Shown one piece after another: positions 1 to 10,169 of a stretch of DNA of 64,000 nt. The stretch's first letter is position 1. Every line of letters begins with the position of its first letter. Below the pieces are notes generated by a model. That model made no database searches, was not told the DNA's origin, and saw only the letters and a list, made by a program, of their open reading frames with translations. The position numbers were made by a program, and so were the translations under genes. This DNA comes from an uncultured Bacteroidaceae bacterium (lineage in GTDB: Bacteria > Bacteroidota > Bacteroidia > Bacteroidales > Bacteroidaceae), in NCBI GenBank assembly GCA_964415385.1, contig CAYPZK010000002.1, forward strand, positions 46,320-110,319, in the 5' to 3' direction.

Positions 1-3000
1 GTGTCAAGGGCGGTGCGGATGGCGGGCAGGTCTGTGATTTCCACGCGGATGCGGTCTGTGATGGCGAGACCGGATTCCTTGCGGATGCCTTGGATGCGCT
101 TCACGAGTTCGCGTGCCAGAGCCTCGTTCTTCAGTTCCGGCGTGATGTTGATGTCGAGAGCCACCGTGAGCGTGCCCTCGTTGGCCACCGTCCATCCGGG
201 GATGTCCTCGCTGATGATGTCAACGTCGGCGAGTTCGATACAGACATCCTGTCCGTCGGCCTGCAAGTTGATTTGTCCGTCCTGTTCGAGCGCGGCAATC
301 TGCTCCTGTGACATGGCGGCCACAGCGTTGCTGACGGCCTTCATCATCTTGCCGAATTTCTTGCCCATCACGCGGAAGTTGCATTTCACCTTCTTGACGA
401 GCATGCCGGCTCCTTCCACAAACTGGAGCTCCTTGACATTCACTTCGTTGAGAATGAGTTGTTTCATCTGCTCGATGCGCTCTTTCTGTTGCGGGTCGGT
501 CACAGGAATGCTGATGCACTGGAGCGGCTGGCGCACGATGATTTGTTCTTTCTTGCGCAGGGCGAGAACCATCGAGGTGATGTGCTGTGCCAGCTCCATG
601 CGGCTTTCCAGTTCTGTGTCGATGCATGCTTCATCGGCCACGGGGAAATGGGCCAGATGCACCGATTCGGCTTCTGCATGATGATGGATGGCCGTGAGGT
701 CGCGGTAGAGCTGGTCGGCATAGAACGGCGCAATCGGGGCGATGAGCTTTGCCACCATCACCAGACAGGTGTAGAGCGTCTGATAGGCCGAGAGCTTGTC
801 GGCATCCATCTCACCGCCCCAGAAGCGTTTGCGGTTGAGGCGCACGTACCAGTTGGAGAGGTTGTCGATGACGAAAGTCTGGATGAGGCGTCCGGCCCGT
901 GTCGGCTCCAGGTCGTCCAGGCTCGCGGTGACATCCTTCACGAGCGTGTTGAGTTCCGAAATCACCCAGCGGTCGATTTCGGGGCGCTGTGCCAGTGGAA
1001 TCTCAGGCTGCGAGTCGTCGAAGCCGTCCACGTTGGCATACATGGTGAAGAACGTATAGGTCTGGAAGAGCTTGCCGAAGAAGGTGCGGCTCACTTCCGC
1101 CACGCCGTCCTCGTCGAACCGCAGGTTGTCCCACGGCTGGGAGTTGGTCATCATGTACCAGCGCACGGCATCGGTGCCGTACTTCTCGATGCAGTCGAAC
1201 GGATTGACGGCGTTGCCGAGACGTTTGGACATCTTCATGCCGTTCTTGTCGAGCACGAGACCGTTTGAGATGACGGCTCGGAACGAGATGGTGTTGAACA
1301 CCATCGTGGCGATGGCGTGGAGCGTGAAGAACCAGCCGCGGGTCTGGTCCACGCCCTCGGCGATGAAGTCGGCAGGGAACACCGTTCCACTGTCGAACGC
1401 TTCTTTGTTTTCGAACGGATAATGGATCTGGGCGTATGGCATGGAGCCGGAGTCAAACCACACATCGATGAGATCCAGCTCGCGTGTGAGCACGTTGCCC
1501 TTGTCGCTGACGAGCCGGATGTCGTCCACGTAGGGGCGGTGGAGGTCGATGCGGTCGTAGTTGGCCTGCGACATGTCGCCCGGAACGAATCCCTTGTCCT
1601 TGAGTGGGTTGCTGTCCATCACGCCGGCCGCTACGGCTTTCTCGATTTCGTTATAGAGTTCTTCCACGCTGCCGATGCAGATTTCCTCGCGTGTGTCCTT
1701 GTTCCGCCAAATCGGGAGCGGTGTGCCCCAGAATCGGGAGCGGGACAGGTTCCAGTCGTTCAGGTTTTCGAGCCATTTTCCGAAACGTCCCGTGCCTGTC
1801 GATTCCGGCTTCCACTTGATGGTCTTGTTGAGCTCCACCATGCGGTCCTTGCAGGCGGTGGAGCGGATGAACCACGAGTCGAGCGGATAGTAGAGCACAG
1901 GCTTGTCGGTGCGCCAGCAGTGCGGATAGTTGTGCACGTGCTTGGCGATTTTGTAGGCCGAGCCTTCCTGTTTCATTTCCATGCAGAGGATGATGTTGAG
2001 GTCTTCGGCTTTGTCGGCTGCCGCCTCGTCATACTTTCCGCCTTCGTTGAAGCGCGGGTCGTAGGCGTTCTTCACATAGTCGCCGGCGTGATGGGCGTAA
2101 GCCTGACGGTTCACGCACTTGTCAAGGAACTCGTCGGCCAGTTCGTCCATCTTGTAGTATTTGCCGGTGAGATCGACCATCGGTCGTGTCTCCCCTCCCT
2201 TGTTGATGAGGAAAAGGGATGGGATGCCTGCCGCTTTTCCCACTTTGGCATCGTCGGCTCCGAAGGTCGGGGCGATATGTACGATGCCCGTGCCCTCCTC
2301 GGTCGTCACGTAGTCGCCGGGGATGACGCGGAAAGCTTCGTCCTCCATCTCCACAAATTGGTCGTGCCCCACGTTGAAGAGCTTGTCAGGATGTGCGGCC
2401 GCGGCCTGCCGGACGAATTCGGGCGCGTTGGCATCCACTTTCTCGCACGGCTTCACCCATGGCATCAGCTGGGCGTATTTCATACCCACGAGGTCGGTGC
2501 CTTTGTAATGTCCTACGATGCGGTACGGCACGGTCTTGTCGCCCGGCTTGTAGCCGTCGAGCGGCAGCGTGGAGCCTTCGGGCTTGAGGTAGTTGCCCAC
2601 GCAGGCTTCGGCCATGAGTGCACTGATGGGCTGTCCGTTGTAGGGGTTGTAGGTCTGTACGCAGACATAGTCTATTTTCGGGCCGACGCAGAGCGCCACG
2701 TTCGACGGCAGCGTCCACGGCGTGGTAGTCCAGGCGAGGAAGCACGGCTCTCCCCACTGCTGCATTTCAGGCTTGGGGTTGAGCGCCTTGAAGATGGCCG
2801 TCACGGTGGTGTCCTTCACGTCGCGGTAGCAGCCCGGCTGGTTCAGCTCGTGGCTCGACAGTCCCGTGCCTGCGGCCGGCGAATAGGGCTGTATGGTGTA
2901 GCCCTTGTAGAGCAGTTGCTTCTGGTAGAGTTGCTTGAGCAGCCACCAGAGCGTTTCGATGTATTTGTTGTCATACGTGATGTACGGATGCTCGAGATCC

Positions 3001-3431
3001 ACCCAGTATCCCATCTTCCGGCTCAAGTCGGTCCATTCGTTCGTGTACATCATCACGTTTTTGCGGCACCGCGCGTTGTAGTCCTCGATGGAGATTGTTT
3101 TTCCGATGGCCTCCTTCGTGATGCCGAGCTCTTTCTCCACGCTCAGCTCCACGGGCAGCCCGTGCGTGTCCCATCCGGCCTTGCGTTTCACCTGGAATCC
3201 CTGCATGGTCTTGAAGCGGCAGATAGTGTCCTTCAGCGTGCGGGCCATCACGTGGTGGATGCCTGGATGGCCGTTGGCCGACGGCGGTCCTTCGAAGAAG
3301 ATGAACGAAGGGCAGCCTTCACGTTCTGTCACACTCTTGTGGAACACATCCGCTGCGTCCCACTCCTTCAGCACCTCCTTGTTCACCTCGCTCAGGTCTA
3401 GGTGGGCGCGTTCTGCAAATCTTTTTGCCAT
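1..3431 (-). CDS. ileS: isoleucine--tRNA ligase, partial (C-terminus lies left of the window)
   Basis: My own translation of the minus strand from ATG at 3431 gives MAKRFAERAHLDLSEVNKEVLKEWD... It has a class-I HIGH-type motif (PSANGHPGIHH) and a KMSKR motif. It is absent from the ORF track because no stop falls inside the window. The plus-strand ORFs 1..3401 are its antisense shadows. Confidence 0.9.
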   Translation of the reverse strand, partial: MAKRFAERAHLDLSEVNKEVLKEWDAADVFHKSVTEREGCPSFIFFEGPPSANGHPGIHHVMARTLKDTICRFKTMQGFQVKRKAGWDTHGLPVELSVEKELGITKEAIGKTISIEDYNARCRKNVMMYTNEWTDLSRKMGYWVDLEHPYITYDNKYIETLWWLLKQLYQKQLLYKGYTIQPYSPAAGTGLSSHELNQPGCYRDVKDTTVTAIFKALNPKPEMQQWGEPCFLAWTTTPWTLPSNVALCVGPKIDYVCVQTYNPYNGQPISALMAEACVGNYLKPEGSTLPLDGYKPGDKTVPYRIVGHYKGTDLVGMKYAQLMPWVKPCEKVDANAPEFVRQAAAAHPDKLFNVGHDQFVEMEDEAFRVIPGDYVTTEEGTGIVHIAPTFGADDAKVGKAAGIPSLFLINKGGETRPMVDLTGKYYKMDELADEFLDKCVNRQAYAHHAGDYVKNAYDPRFNEGGKYDEAAADKAEDLNIILCMEMKQEGSAYKIAKHVHNYPHCWRTDKPVLYYPLDSWFIRSTACKDRMVELNKTIKWKPESTGTGRFGKWLENLNDWNLSRSRFWGTPLPIWRNKDTREEICIGSVEELYNEIEKAVAAGVMDSNPLKDKGFVPGDMSQANYDRIDLHRPYVDDIRLVSDKGNVLTRELDLIDVWFDSGSMPYAQIHYPFENKEAFDSGTVFPADFIAEGVDQTRGWFFTLHAIATMVFNTISFRAVISNGLVLDKNGMKMSKRLGNAVNPFDCIEKYGTDAVRWYMMTNSQPWDNLRFDEDGVAEVSRTFFGKLFQTYTFFTMYANVDGFDDSQPEIPLAQRPEIDRWVISELNTLVKDVTASLDDLEPTRAGRLIQTFVIDNLSNWYVRLNRKRFWGGEMDADKLSAYQTLYTCLVMVAKLIAPIAPFYADQLYRDLTAIHHHAEAESVHLAHFPVADEACIDTELESRMELAQHITSMVLALRKKEQIIVRQPLQCISIPVTDPQQKERIEQMKQLILNEVNVKELQFVEGAGMLVKKVKCNFRVMGKKFGKMMKAVSNAVAAMSQEQIAALEQDGQINLQADGQDVCIELADVDIISEDIPGWTVANEGTLTVALDINITPELKNEALARELVKRIQGIRKESGLAITDRIRVEITDLPAIRTALD

Positions 3432-3474
3432 ATTTGTTGTCTTTCTGTTTCTGATTTTTCTTATCCGGACCATT

Positions 3475-3933
3475 TCACACCAGTTTGATGTCCTCGATGC
3501 GCTGTTCCTTTCCGCAGTAGCGGCATTTCACGATGCCCTGCTTCTTGTCGGTCACGTAGAACACTGTCTTCATCGGCTCGTTGTTCGTGATGCAGACGGG
3601 ATTGGCGCAGCGCACCACGTTCGTCAGCTCGTCGGGCAGCGTCACCTCCTTCTTCTCCACCACCTCGTAGTCGCGGATGACGCAGAGGCGGATGTTGGGA
3701 CAGACGACGGCCAGCCGGCTGATTTCCGCATCGGTGAAGAAGCGGTTGGCCACCTTGATGAGTCCTTTCTTCCCCATTTTCTTGCTGGAGAGATTGTTGC
3801 CGATGAGCACCGGCGACGATTCCTGTTCGAGCTGCAGCAGCTGCGACACGGTGAACACCTTCTCGGTCGGTATGTGGTCGATGACGGTGCCCTCCTCCAG
3901 AGCTGCCACCATCAGGTCTTTTTGCTTTGCCAT
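3475..3933 (-). CDS. pyrI: aspartate carbamoyltransferase regulatory subunit
   Basis: 152-aa ORF with a C-terminal Cys cluster (CANPVC...CRYC) typical of the PyrI Zn domain. It sits directly downstream of pyrB. Confidence 0.9.
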   Translation of the reverse strand: MAKQKDLMVAALEEGTVIDHIPTEKVFTVSQLLQLEQESSPVLIGNNLSSKKMGKKGLIKVANRFFTDAEISRLAVVCPNIRLCVIRDYEVVEKKEVTLPDELTNVVRCANPVCITNNEPMKTVFYVTDKKQGIVKCRYCGKEQRIEDIKLV

Positions 3934-4011
3934 GTGAGAAAAAAACTGTCAATAAATTGATGAATGCGTTGAACTCTCAGAATGATTCCCTTTCTCATTC
4001 AAGGAAGGTCT

Positions 4012-4989
4012 TCAATTCAAGGAAGGTCTTCCAGAAGGGGCAGGGGAGGTCTTCGGATGGTCCCGTCGTACGTCGTCGAGCGTGATGCCGAGTACGTGGC
4101 AGATGAGCGCCTCACGGGCATAGAGCCCGTTCCGTGCCTGCTCGAAATAGTAGGCGTGCGGCGATTCGTCCACGGCATATTCGATTTCGTTCACGCGCGG
4201 CAGCGGGTGCAGGATTTTCATGTTTGGCCGGCATTTCCCCAGCATGTCGGCCCGCAGGATATAGGTGTTCTTCACCCGCTCATACTCCATCAGGTCGGTG
4301 AAGCGTTCCCGCTGCACACGCGTCATATAGAGGATGTCAGCGTCGGCGATGGTGTCCGCCGTGAAGTCGCGTTGCTCCTTGTACCGGATGCCGTTCTGCC
4401 GGCAGTAGAGCTTGTATTCCTCCGGCATGTCCAGCTCCTGCGGCGCGATGAAGTGGAACGTGGGGTTGTATTTGCGCATCGACATGAGGAGCGAGTGTAC
4501 CGTCCGCCCATACTTCAGGTCGCCCACCATGTAGATGTTCAAATTGTCGAGCGTTCCCTGTGTCTTATAGATGGAATAGAGGTCGAGCATGGTCTGCGAG
4601 GGATGCAGGTTCGACCCGTCGCCCGCGTTGATGATAGGCACGTCCGTCACCTCGCTGGCATAGAGCGCTGCGCCTTCCAGTTTGTGCCGCATCACAATCA
4701 CATCGGCATAGTTCGACACCATCTTGATGGTGTCTTTCAGCGTTTCGCCCTTCGACCAGCTCGAAGCCTTCGGGTCTGCAAAACCGATGACTCGTGCGCC
4801 GAGGCGGTTGGCCGCCGTCTCGAAGCTGAGACGCGTGCGCGTGGACGGCTCGAAGAAGAGGGTGGCCACCACCTTTCCCCGCAGGAGCTCGCGGTTCGGC
4901 TGCTGCTCAAATTCAGCCGCCATGTCGAGCAGGTACTGGATTTTTTCGCGGTCGTAATCCGCAATCGAGACGATGCTTCTGTTTTCCAT
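4012..4989 (-). CDS. pyrB: aspartate carbamoyltransferase catalytic subunit
   Basis: 325-aa ORF with the STRTRLSFE carbamoyl-phosphate motif, HPSQ and LPRVNEI motifs. Confidence 0.92.
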   Translation of the reverse strand: MENRSIVSIADYDREKIQYLLDMAAEFEQQPNRELLRGKVVATLFFEPSTRTRLSFETAANRLGARVIGFADPKASSWSKGETLKDTIKMVSNYADVIVMRHKLEGAALYASEVTDVPIINAGDGSNLHPSQTMLDLYSIYKTQGTLDNLNIYMVGDLKYGRTVHSLLMSMRKYNPTFHFIAPQELDMPEEYKLYCRQNGIRYKEQRDFTADTIADADILYMTRVQRERFTDLMEYERVKNTYILRADMLGKCRPNMKILHPLPRVNEIEYAVDESPHAYYFEQARNGLYAREALICHVLGITLDDVRRDHPKTSPAPSGRPSLN

Positions 4990-5143
4990 AACGTTTGTTC
5001 CGTCAGTGTGTGTGTCGAATGGCTCCGGCGCGGCATTCTTGGGGTGTCCGCGTCCGTTACCCTTAAAAATCGGACAAAGTTACGACAAAAAAACGAGAGA
5101 ACCGAATTTTCGGCAATCATTTTGAGCTTCGGAAAAAATGTCG

Positions 5144-5151
5144 TACCTTTG
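5144..5151 (+). promoter_or_regulatory. Bacteroidota-type -7 promoter box TACCTTTG (TAnnTTTG)
   Basis: Exact TAnnTTTG match about 30 nt upstream of ATG 5182. Confidence 0.5.
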
Positions 5152-5181
5152 CGCAGAATTCAGATTCAATCCGAAGAATCG

Positions 5182-5967
5182 ATGAAAATACGGGAAATCA
5201 TTGGAGCCCTTGAACAATTCGCTCCTCTGTCCCTGCAAGACGGCTTCGACCATGCTGGACTGCAGATAGGATTAACGGAGGATGCAGACGCGTCAGGGGC
5301 TTTGTTGTGTTTAGACGTGACCGAGGATGTGCTGGCCGAGGCTGCGGCCAAAGGCTGCAACTTGGTGGTGGCTCATCATCCGTTGCTGTTCCATGCGTTG
5401 CAGAGCATCACGGGAGCCGACTACGTTCAGCGGTGCGTCTTCCGTGCCATCCGGCAGGGCATTGCCGTCTATGCTGCCCACACCAACCTCGATAACGCGC
5501 CGGGAGGGGTGAGCTGGCGGATGGCGCAGAAGCTCGGTCTCACGGACTGCAGGTCTCTCGATCCGAAAGAAGACATGCCGCAGGCAGGGGCGGGGCTGAC
5601 AGGCTCGTTGCCGCAGCCCATGGGGCGCGAAGACTTTCTGAGGCTCGTGAAGAAAACGTTCAGGGTCGCCTGTGTGCGCTACAACGCGTGGACAGGCAGG
5701 CAAGTGCGTCGCGTGGCACTCTGCGGCGGTGCCGGTGCCGGTCTCATTCCCCATGCCGTGAAGGCCGGAGCCGACGTGTTCCTCACGGGCGAAATCGGCT
5801 ACCACCGCTTCTTCGGCCTGGAGCGTGACATTCAGCTGGTGGAAATCGGACACTTCGAGAGTGAGCAGTTCACGCTGGAGATTCTGCGCGACATCATCGC
5901 AGAAGCCGACCCGCGGCTCCCGATTTTCGACACGGAAACAAAGACCAATCCAATCCTTTATCTATAA
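5182..5967 (+). CDS. Nif3-like dinuclear metal centre protein (YbgI / GTP cyclohydrolase 1 type 2 family)
   Basis: Internal ATG of ORF 3982..5967 gives MKIREIIGALEQFAPLSLQDGFDHAGLQIG...VVAHHPLLF...TGEIGYH...EIGHFESE. The upstream part of that ORF is the antisense shadow of pyrB. Confidence 0.85.
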   Translation: MKIREIIGALEQFAPLSLQDGFDHAGLQIGLTEDADASGALLCLDVTEDVLAEAAAKGCNLVVAHHPLLFHALQSITGADYVQRCVFRAIRQGIAVYAAHTNLDNAPGGVSWRMAQKLGLTDCRSLDPKEDMPQAGAGLTGSLPQPMGREDFLRLVKKTFRVACVRYNAWTGRQVRRVALCGGAGAGLIPHAVKAGADVFLTGEIGYHRFFGLERDIQLVEIGHFESEQFTLEILRDIIAEADPRLPIFDTETKTNPILYL

Positions 5968-5986
5968 AAACAAATTTTTCAGGAAT

Positions 5987-6847
5987 ATGGCAAAAAAGAA
6001 AGAGGTGAGCCCTGCGGAAATGCCCGTGGAGGAGAAGCTCAAGAATCTCTATCAGCTGCAAACGCTGTTGACGGAAATCGACAAGGTGCACGACCTGCGC
6101 GGCGAACTCCCGCTCGAAGTGGAGGACATCGAGAATGAAATCGAGGGTCTCACAACCCGTATCAACAACACCACGTCGGAGGTGACTGAAATCCGCAGCC
6201 GCATCAACGAACTCAAGGGAAAAATCGAGTTGGCCTCGGGCAAGCTCGAAGAATACAAGCAGCAGCTCGACAACGTGCGCAACAGCCGCGACTACGACCT
6301 GCTCAACAAGGAAATCGAGTTCCAGACCCTCGAAATCGAGCTGGCGCAGAAGCGCATCCGTGAGGCCCAGGCCGCCGAGGCTTCCAAGGAGGAGCTCATC
6401 GAGCAGAGCCGGCATACGAAAGAGGAACGCCAGCAGGATCTGGACGTGAAGAAGAATGAGCTGGACGAAATCGTGGCCGAGACAAAGGCTGAGGAGGAAA
6501 AGCTCCGGGAAAAGGCCAAGAACTTGGAGATGCAGATTGAGCCGCGCCTGCTGCAGTCATTCAAGCGCATCCGCAAGAACTCACGCAACGGACTCGGCAT
6601 CGTCTATGTGCAGCGCGATGCCTGCGGCGGCTGCTTTGCCAAGATTCCACCACAGCGTCAGTTAGACGTGCGCATGCGCAAGAAAATCATCGTGTGCGAA
6701 TATTGTGGCCGCATTCTCATCGACCCTGAGCTGGCCGGCGTGAAGCTGGACGCTCCGAAGGACGAGAAACCGAAACGGAAGCGCACGGCCACCATTCGTC
6801 GTGCCAAGACCGACCAGACGGCCGAGAGTGCCAACGACTCAGAGTGA
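5987..6847 (+). CDS. coiled-coil zinc-ribbon protein (DUF164-like), usual partner of Nif3
   Basis: ATG at 5987 is in frame with ORF 5825..6847. Long coiled coil followed by a CGGC...CEYCGRIL zinc ribbon, adjacent to the Nif3 gene. Confidence 0.8.
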   Translation: MAKKKEVSPAEMPVEEKLKNLYQLQTLLTEIDKVHDLRGELPLEVEDIENEIEGLTTRINNTTSEVTEIRSRINELKGKIELASGKLEEYKQQLDNVRNSRDYDLLNKEIEFQTLEIELAQKRIREAQAAEASKEELIEQSRHTKEERQQDLDVKKNELDEIVAETKAEEEKLREKAKNLEMQIEPRLLQSFKRIRKNSRNGLGIVYVQRDACGGCFAKIPPQRQLDVRMRKKIIVCEYCGRILIDPELAGVKLDAPKDEKPKRKRTATIRRAKTDQTAESANDSE

Positions 6848-8020
6848 AGTCTGCGGGCGGAGGGCATCGCGCAGCTGCGTGAGCCCCCGCTCCACGATGG
6901 CGCGCGGCGACCCTATGTTGAGCCGCATGAATCCCCGTCCCTCGCGGCCGAACATCTCACCGTCGTTGAGAGCCAGACGGGCGCGGTTGACGAACAGGTC
7001 GTTGAGAGCGGCCTGGGACAGTCCGAGCGCACGGCAGTCGAGCCAGACGAGGAAGGAGGCCTGCGGCCGGAGAGGGCGTATCTGCGGCATCTCCTTCCGA
7101 CAGAAATCTTCCACAAAACGGATGTTCCCTTCCAGATAGGCCAGCAGCCCGCGCCGCCACGCTTCCCCGTGCCGGAGCGCGGCGATGGTGGCAATGGGAG
7201 CGAAGAGCGGCGGGTCGTTGAACTCGTTGGCGGAAAGCCATTCGTAGAAAGGCTTTCTGATGGTTGCGTCCGGCACGATGGCCCATGAGCTGACGATGCC
7301 GGCGATATTGAACGTCTTGCTCGGTGCCCCGAAAGTGATGCTGCAGGCGGCGGCCTTCTTGCTCACAGAGGCGAAGGGCAGGTGCTTGTGGCCGAAGAGC
7401 GCGAGGTCGCAATGAATTTCATCGGAGACCACGAGAATGTGGTGCTCATAGCAGAAGTCCGCGAGGCGCGTCAGCGTGTCGCGGTCCCACACGATGCCGG
7501 CCGGATTGTGCGGATTGCAGAGAATGAGCAGGCGGCACTTCGTGTCGGCCACCCGTGCCAATTGGTCGAAGTCCATCGTATAGGAGCCGTCGGCATTCTC
7601 GCGCAGCGGATTATAGACCACCTCGCGCTTGTTCCCGAGAGGCGTGAGGCGGAAGGGATGATAGACGGGGGGCTGGATGATGACCTTTTCGTCAGGCTTG
7701 ACGAAAAAGTTGACCACCATGCCGATGCCTTTCACGATGCCGGGAATATAGGTGAGCCATTCGCGTTCCACCTGCCACTGATGGTGGTCGGCAATCCAGC
7801 GCATGACGGTGGGCCAGTAGTCGGCCGGCTCCACGGTATAGCCGAAGAGGGAATGGTCGAGGCGGCGGCGCAGCGCGTCGGTGATGAACTCCGGCGTTTC
7901 GAAATCCATGTCGGCCACCCACATCGGCAGCAGGTCGGCGCGGCCATACCGTTCCCCGAGCACCTCGTGTTTCAGGTCGCCGCTGCCGCTGCGGTTTACG
8001 ATTTTATCGAAATCATACAT
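6839..8020 (-). CDS. MalY/PatB-family PLP-dependent C-S lyase (cystathionine beta-lyase-like aminotransferase)
   Basis: 393 aa with MYDFDKIVNRSGSGDLKH..., CNPHNPAG and SKTFNIAG (PLP lysine context). Confidence 0.85.
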   Translation of the reverse strand: MYDFDKIVNRSGSGDLKHEVLGERYGRADLLPMWVADMDFETPEFITDALRRRLDHSLFGYTVEPADYWPTVMRWIADHHQWQVEREWLTYIPGIVKGIGMVVNFFVKPDEKVIIQPPVYHPFRLTPLGNKREVVYNPLRENADGSYTMDFDQLARVADTKCRLLILCNPHNPAGIVWDRDTLTRLADFCYEHHILVVSDEIHCDLALFGHKHLPFASVSKKAAACSITFGAPSKTFNIAGIVSSWAIVPDATIRKPFYEWLSANEFNDPPLFAPIATIAALRHGEAWRRGLLAYLEGNIRFVEDFCRKEMPQIRPLRPQASFLVWLDCRALGLSQAALNDLFVNRARLALNDGEMFGREGRGFMRLNIGSPRAIVERGLTQLRDALRPQTSL

Positions 8021-8038
8021 ATATTCAGAACCAAGTCT

Positions 8039-9220
8039 TTAAGATTTCCGGCAAGCCTGGATGATGTCTGCCGCAATGTCGTCCATGTCCTCCAGTCCCA
8101 CGGAGATGCGGATGGTCGTGTCGAGCACATCCATCGCGGCGCGTTGTTCGTCGGTGAACGGACCGAAAATCGTGCTGGCGGGGTGGATGGCCAGCGTGCG
8201 GCTGTCGAAGAGGTTCGTGGCCCGCTTCACCACTTGCAGACGGTTGATGAAGTCGTAGCAGGCGGCTTGGCTTTCGAGGTCGATGGTCAGCATGGCTCCC
8301 GCTGTCAGTCTGAACTGACTGACAGCCAGTTCGTGGAACGGATTGTCCTCCAGTCCCACATAGTTCACGCGCCGGATCTCGTCCACCGCGCGGAGCTTCT
8401 TTGCCAGTTGCAGCGTGTTGGCCGCCTGCACCTGATAGCGGGCTTCCAGCGTTTCGAGCCCGATGGTCTGCATGTAGGCCACGTGAGGCGTCATGTAGCC
8501 ACCCAGATTGCGCAGCAGTTCCAGACGGATGCGGTCCTTGAACGGCTTCACCGTTCCGTAGTCGATGATGAGTCCGCCGATGCTCGTGGCACCGCCGGAA
8601 AGATATTTCGTGCTGGAGACGACCTCGATGTCAACGCCTAAGGCATGGCTGTCGAAAGCTGTAAAAGGAATCGCCGTGGTGTCTGCGATGAGCGGAATAC
8701 CATGGCGATGTGCGATGGAGGCCAGACCGCGCAGGTCTGCCACCTCCAGTTGGGGGTTGGTGATGATTTCGAGGAAGATACAACAGGAGTCGTCGTCCAC
8801 GTTGCGCTCTACCTCTTCCAGATTCGTCAGGTCGCAACAGTGCGGCCGGATGCCGAGACGCGGGAACGTGTCGGCCAACAGCGAGTAGGAGTTGCCGAAG
8901 AGATGGCGCGACGACACGATGTTCCGCCCCTGCCGTGCCACAGCCAGCAGAGCCGTGCTGATGGCCGCCATGCCCGAGTTGAGGGCTATCACCTCCTTGG
9001 CGTTGGTGAGAGCCTTCACAATCTGTTCGAGATGGATGACGGTGGGATTGGTCACGCGCGAATAGTCGGGCATGTCCGTCCGGCTGCAAAACGCATCGGC
9101 CATGTCCTGTGCATTGTCGAACTCGTAGGCGGCACAATGGTAAACGGGCATGCTCAGTGCTCCGTAGGGGTCCCGCAACCGGTAAGGCGTGTGAAGTGCC
9201 TGGGTTTGCTTTTTCATCAT
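8039..9220 (-). CDS. Cys/Met-metabolism PLP-dependent enzyme (O-acetylhomoserine sulfhydrylase-like)
   Basis: 393 aa with the SSTKYLSGG PLP-lysine motif and TNPT. Family-level call only. Confidence 0.75.
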   Translation of the reverse strand: MMKKQTQALHTPYRLRDPYGALSMPVYHCAAYEFDNAQDMADAFCSRTDMPDYSRVTNPTVIHLEQIVKALTNAKEVIALNSGMAAISTALLAVARQGRNIVSSRHLFGNSYSLLADTFPRLGIRPHCCDLTNLEEVERNVDDDSCCIFLEIITNPQLEVADLRGLASIAHRHGIPLIADTTAIPFTAFDSHALGVDIEVVSSTKYLSGGATSIGGLIIDYGTVKPFKDRIRLELLRNLGGYMTPHVAYMQTIGLETLEARYQVQAANTLQLAKKLRAVDEIRRVNYVGLEDNPFHELAVSQFRLTAGAMLTIDLESQAACYDFINRLQVVKRATNLFDSRTLAIHPASTIFGPFTDEQRAAMDVLDTTIRISVGLEDMDDIAADIIQACRKS

Positions 9221-9359
9221 ATATATAGAAATAGGTATGGATGTTTCGGTACAAAGATATGGAAAAAGCCCGGAATTTCCGTCAGGAAGCCTTGCTGTTT
9301 CGCATGTTTTCAGAAAATAATTCCACTGCGGGGCGTTTTTTCAAAATAGAATTCTCCTG

Positions 9360-9857
9360 TCAAGCCTCTTTTTCCCCGCCCGTCACCTCCTCGAACGTGG
9401 GCAGCTGTTCCAGAAACTCGTAGGTCTGCTCTGCGTAATTCATGCGGCAGCAATAGTGTTGCAGACCGTTGCTGACCACGAGAAAGTCCACGTGCATCAC
9501 CATGTTGTAGCGGCTGATCTGGCTGAACACCCGCTGTGTGATGGCCACCTCCGGCCGTTTGTACTCCACAATCATGCGGGGGCGCAGCCGGCGGTCGTAC
9601 ACCACCGTGTCGCAGCGGCGGCTCATCCGCCCGAGCCTCAGCTCGATTTCGTTGCCCATCAGCGCGGAGCGGTAGCCGAGCGTGTCCGTCAGATAGTGCA
9701 CGAAGTTCTGGCGCACCCACTCCTCCGGCGTGAGTGCCACAAAGCGGCGGCGCAGCGTGTCGAAAATCCTCCTCGCGCCGTCCCGCTCTTGGATGTTCGC
9801 CTCGAAGGGGGGCAGGTTCAGTTCCGCCAGCGGCCTTTCGTCTCTCTTTTCCGTCAT
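9360..9857 (-). CDS. type I restriction enzyme HsdR N-terminal domain-containing protein (stand-alone)
   Basis: Internal ATG at 9857 of ORF 9360..10100 gives MTEKRDERPLAELNLPPFEANIQERDG...CDTVVYD...IVEYKRPEV. This has a PD-(D/E)xK-like D...EYK pattern. A TAAGTTTG box on the minus strand lies upstream. Confidence 0.7.
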   Translation of the reverse strand: MTEKRDERPLAELNLPPFEANIQERDGARRIFDTLRRRFVALTPEEWVRQNFVHYLTDTLGYRSALMGNEIELRLGRMSRRCDTVVYDRRLRPRMIVEYKRPEVAITQRVFSQISRYNMVMHVDFLVVSNGLQHYCCRMNYAEQTYEFLEQLPTFEEVTGGEKEA

Positions 9858-9899
9858 GTTTCCGTCATGTCTTTTGTCTGCGGAATGTGTTTCGGGTTG

Positions 9900-9907
9900 C
9901 AAACTTA
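9900..9907 (-). promoter_or_regulatory. -7 promoter box TAAGTTTG (minus strand)
   Basis: The reverse complement of CAAACTTA matches TAnnTTTG, about 43 nt upstream of ATG 9857. Confidence 0.45.
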
Positions 9908-10019
9908 TAAAAAATGGTTGACATTTCCGCCTTCCCGTCTCCGTAATTTTTTGACAACTTCTGCGGAGAAAATTCCCAAACAGGGGCTTGAAAATTCCTC
10001 TTTCAGCCTGATTCCAGAC

Positions 10020-10085
10020 AAAACGAACGCGTTCGTTTTCTGAAACGAAGGCCTTCGTCCGGCGGAACGAACGCCTTCGTCGGAC
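10020..10085. terminator. three tandem related palindromic hairpins (bidirectional terminator region)
   Basis: AAAACGAACGCGTTCGTTTT (10020-10039), ACGAAGGCCTTCGT (10045-10058) and ACGAACGCCTTCGT (10067-10080). They lie downstream of the minus-strand Wzx-GT2 operon. Confidence 0.5.
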
Positions 10086-10169
10086 ACGGAATCCGCGCAT
10101 TTGCCAAATTTTCTCGGCGCAGTTCAGGACTTTTCTCCGCGCCGTTCCGGATTTCCGTCGCGCGTCGTC

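Noticed and set aside
1317-3401. Very long ORFs on the strand opposite to recognisable genes (for example 1317..3401 +, 18582..20873 +, 36435..38315 -, 45732..48107 -, 53123..54817 -, 58226..60109 -, 60618..61871 -).
   Set aside because: They lie antisense or out of frame to genes with clear family motifs. Their translations are R/A/G/H/P-rich low-complexity strings, as expected for shadow ORFs in high-GC DNA.
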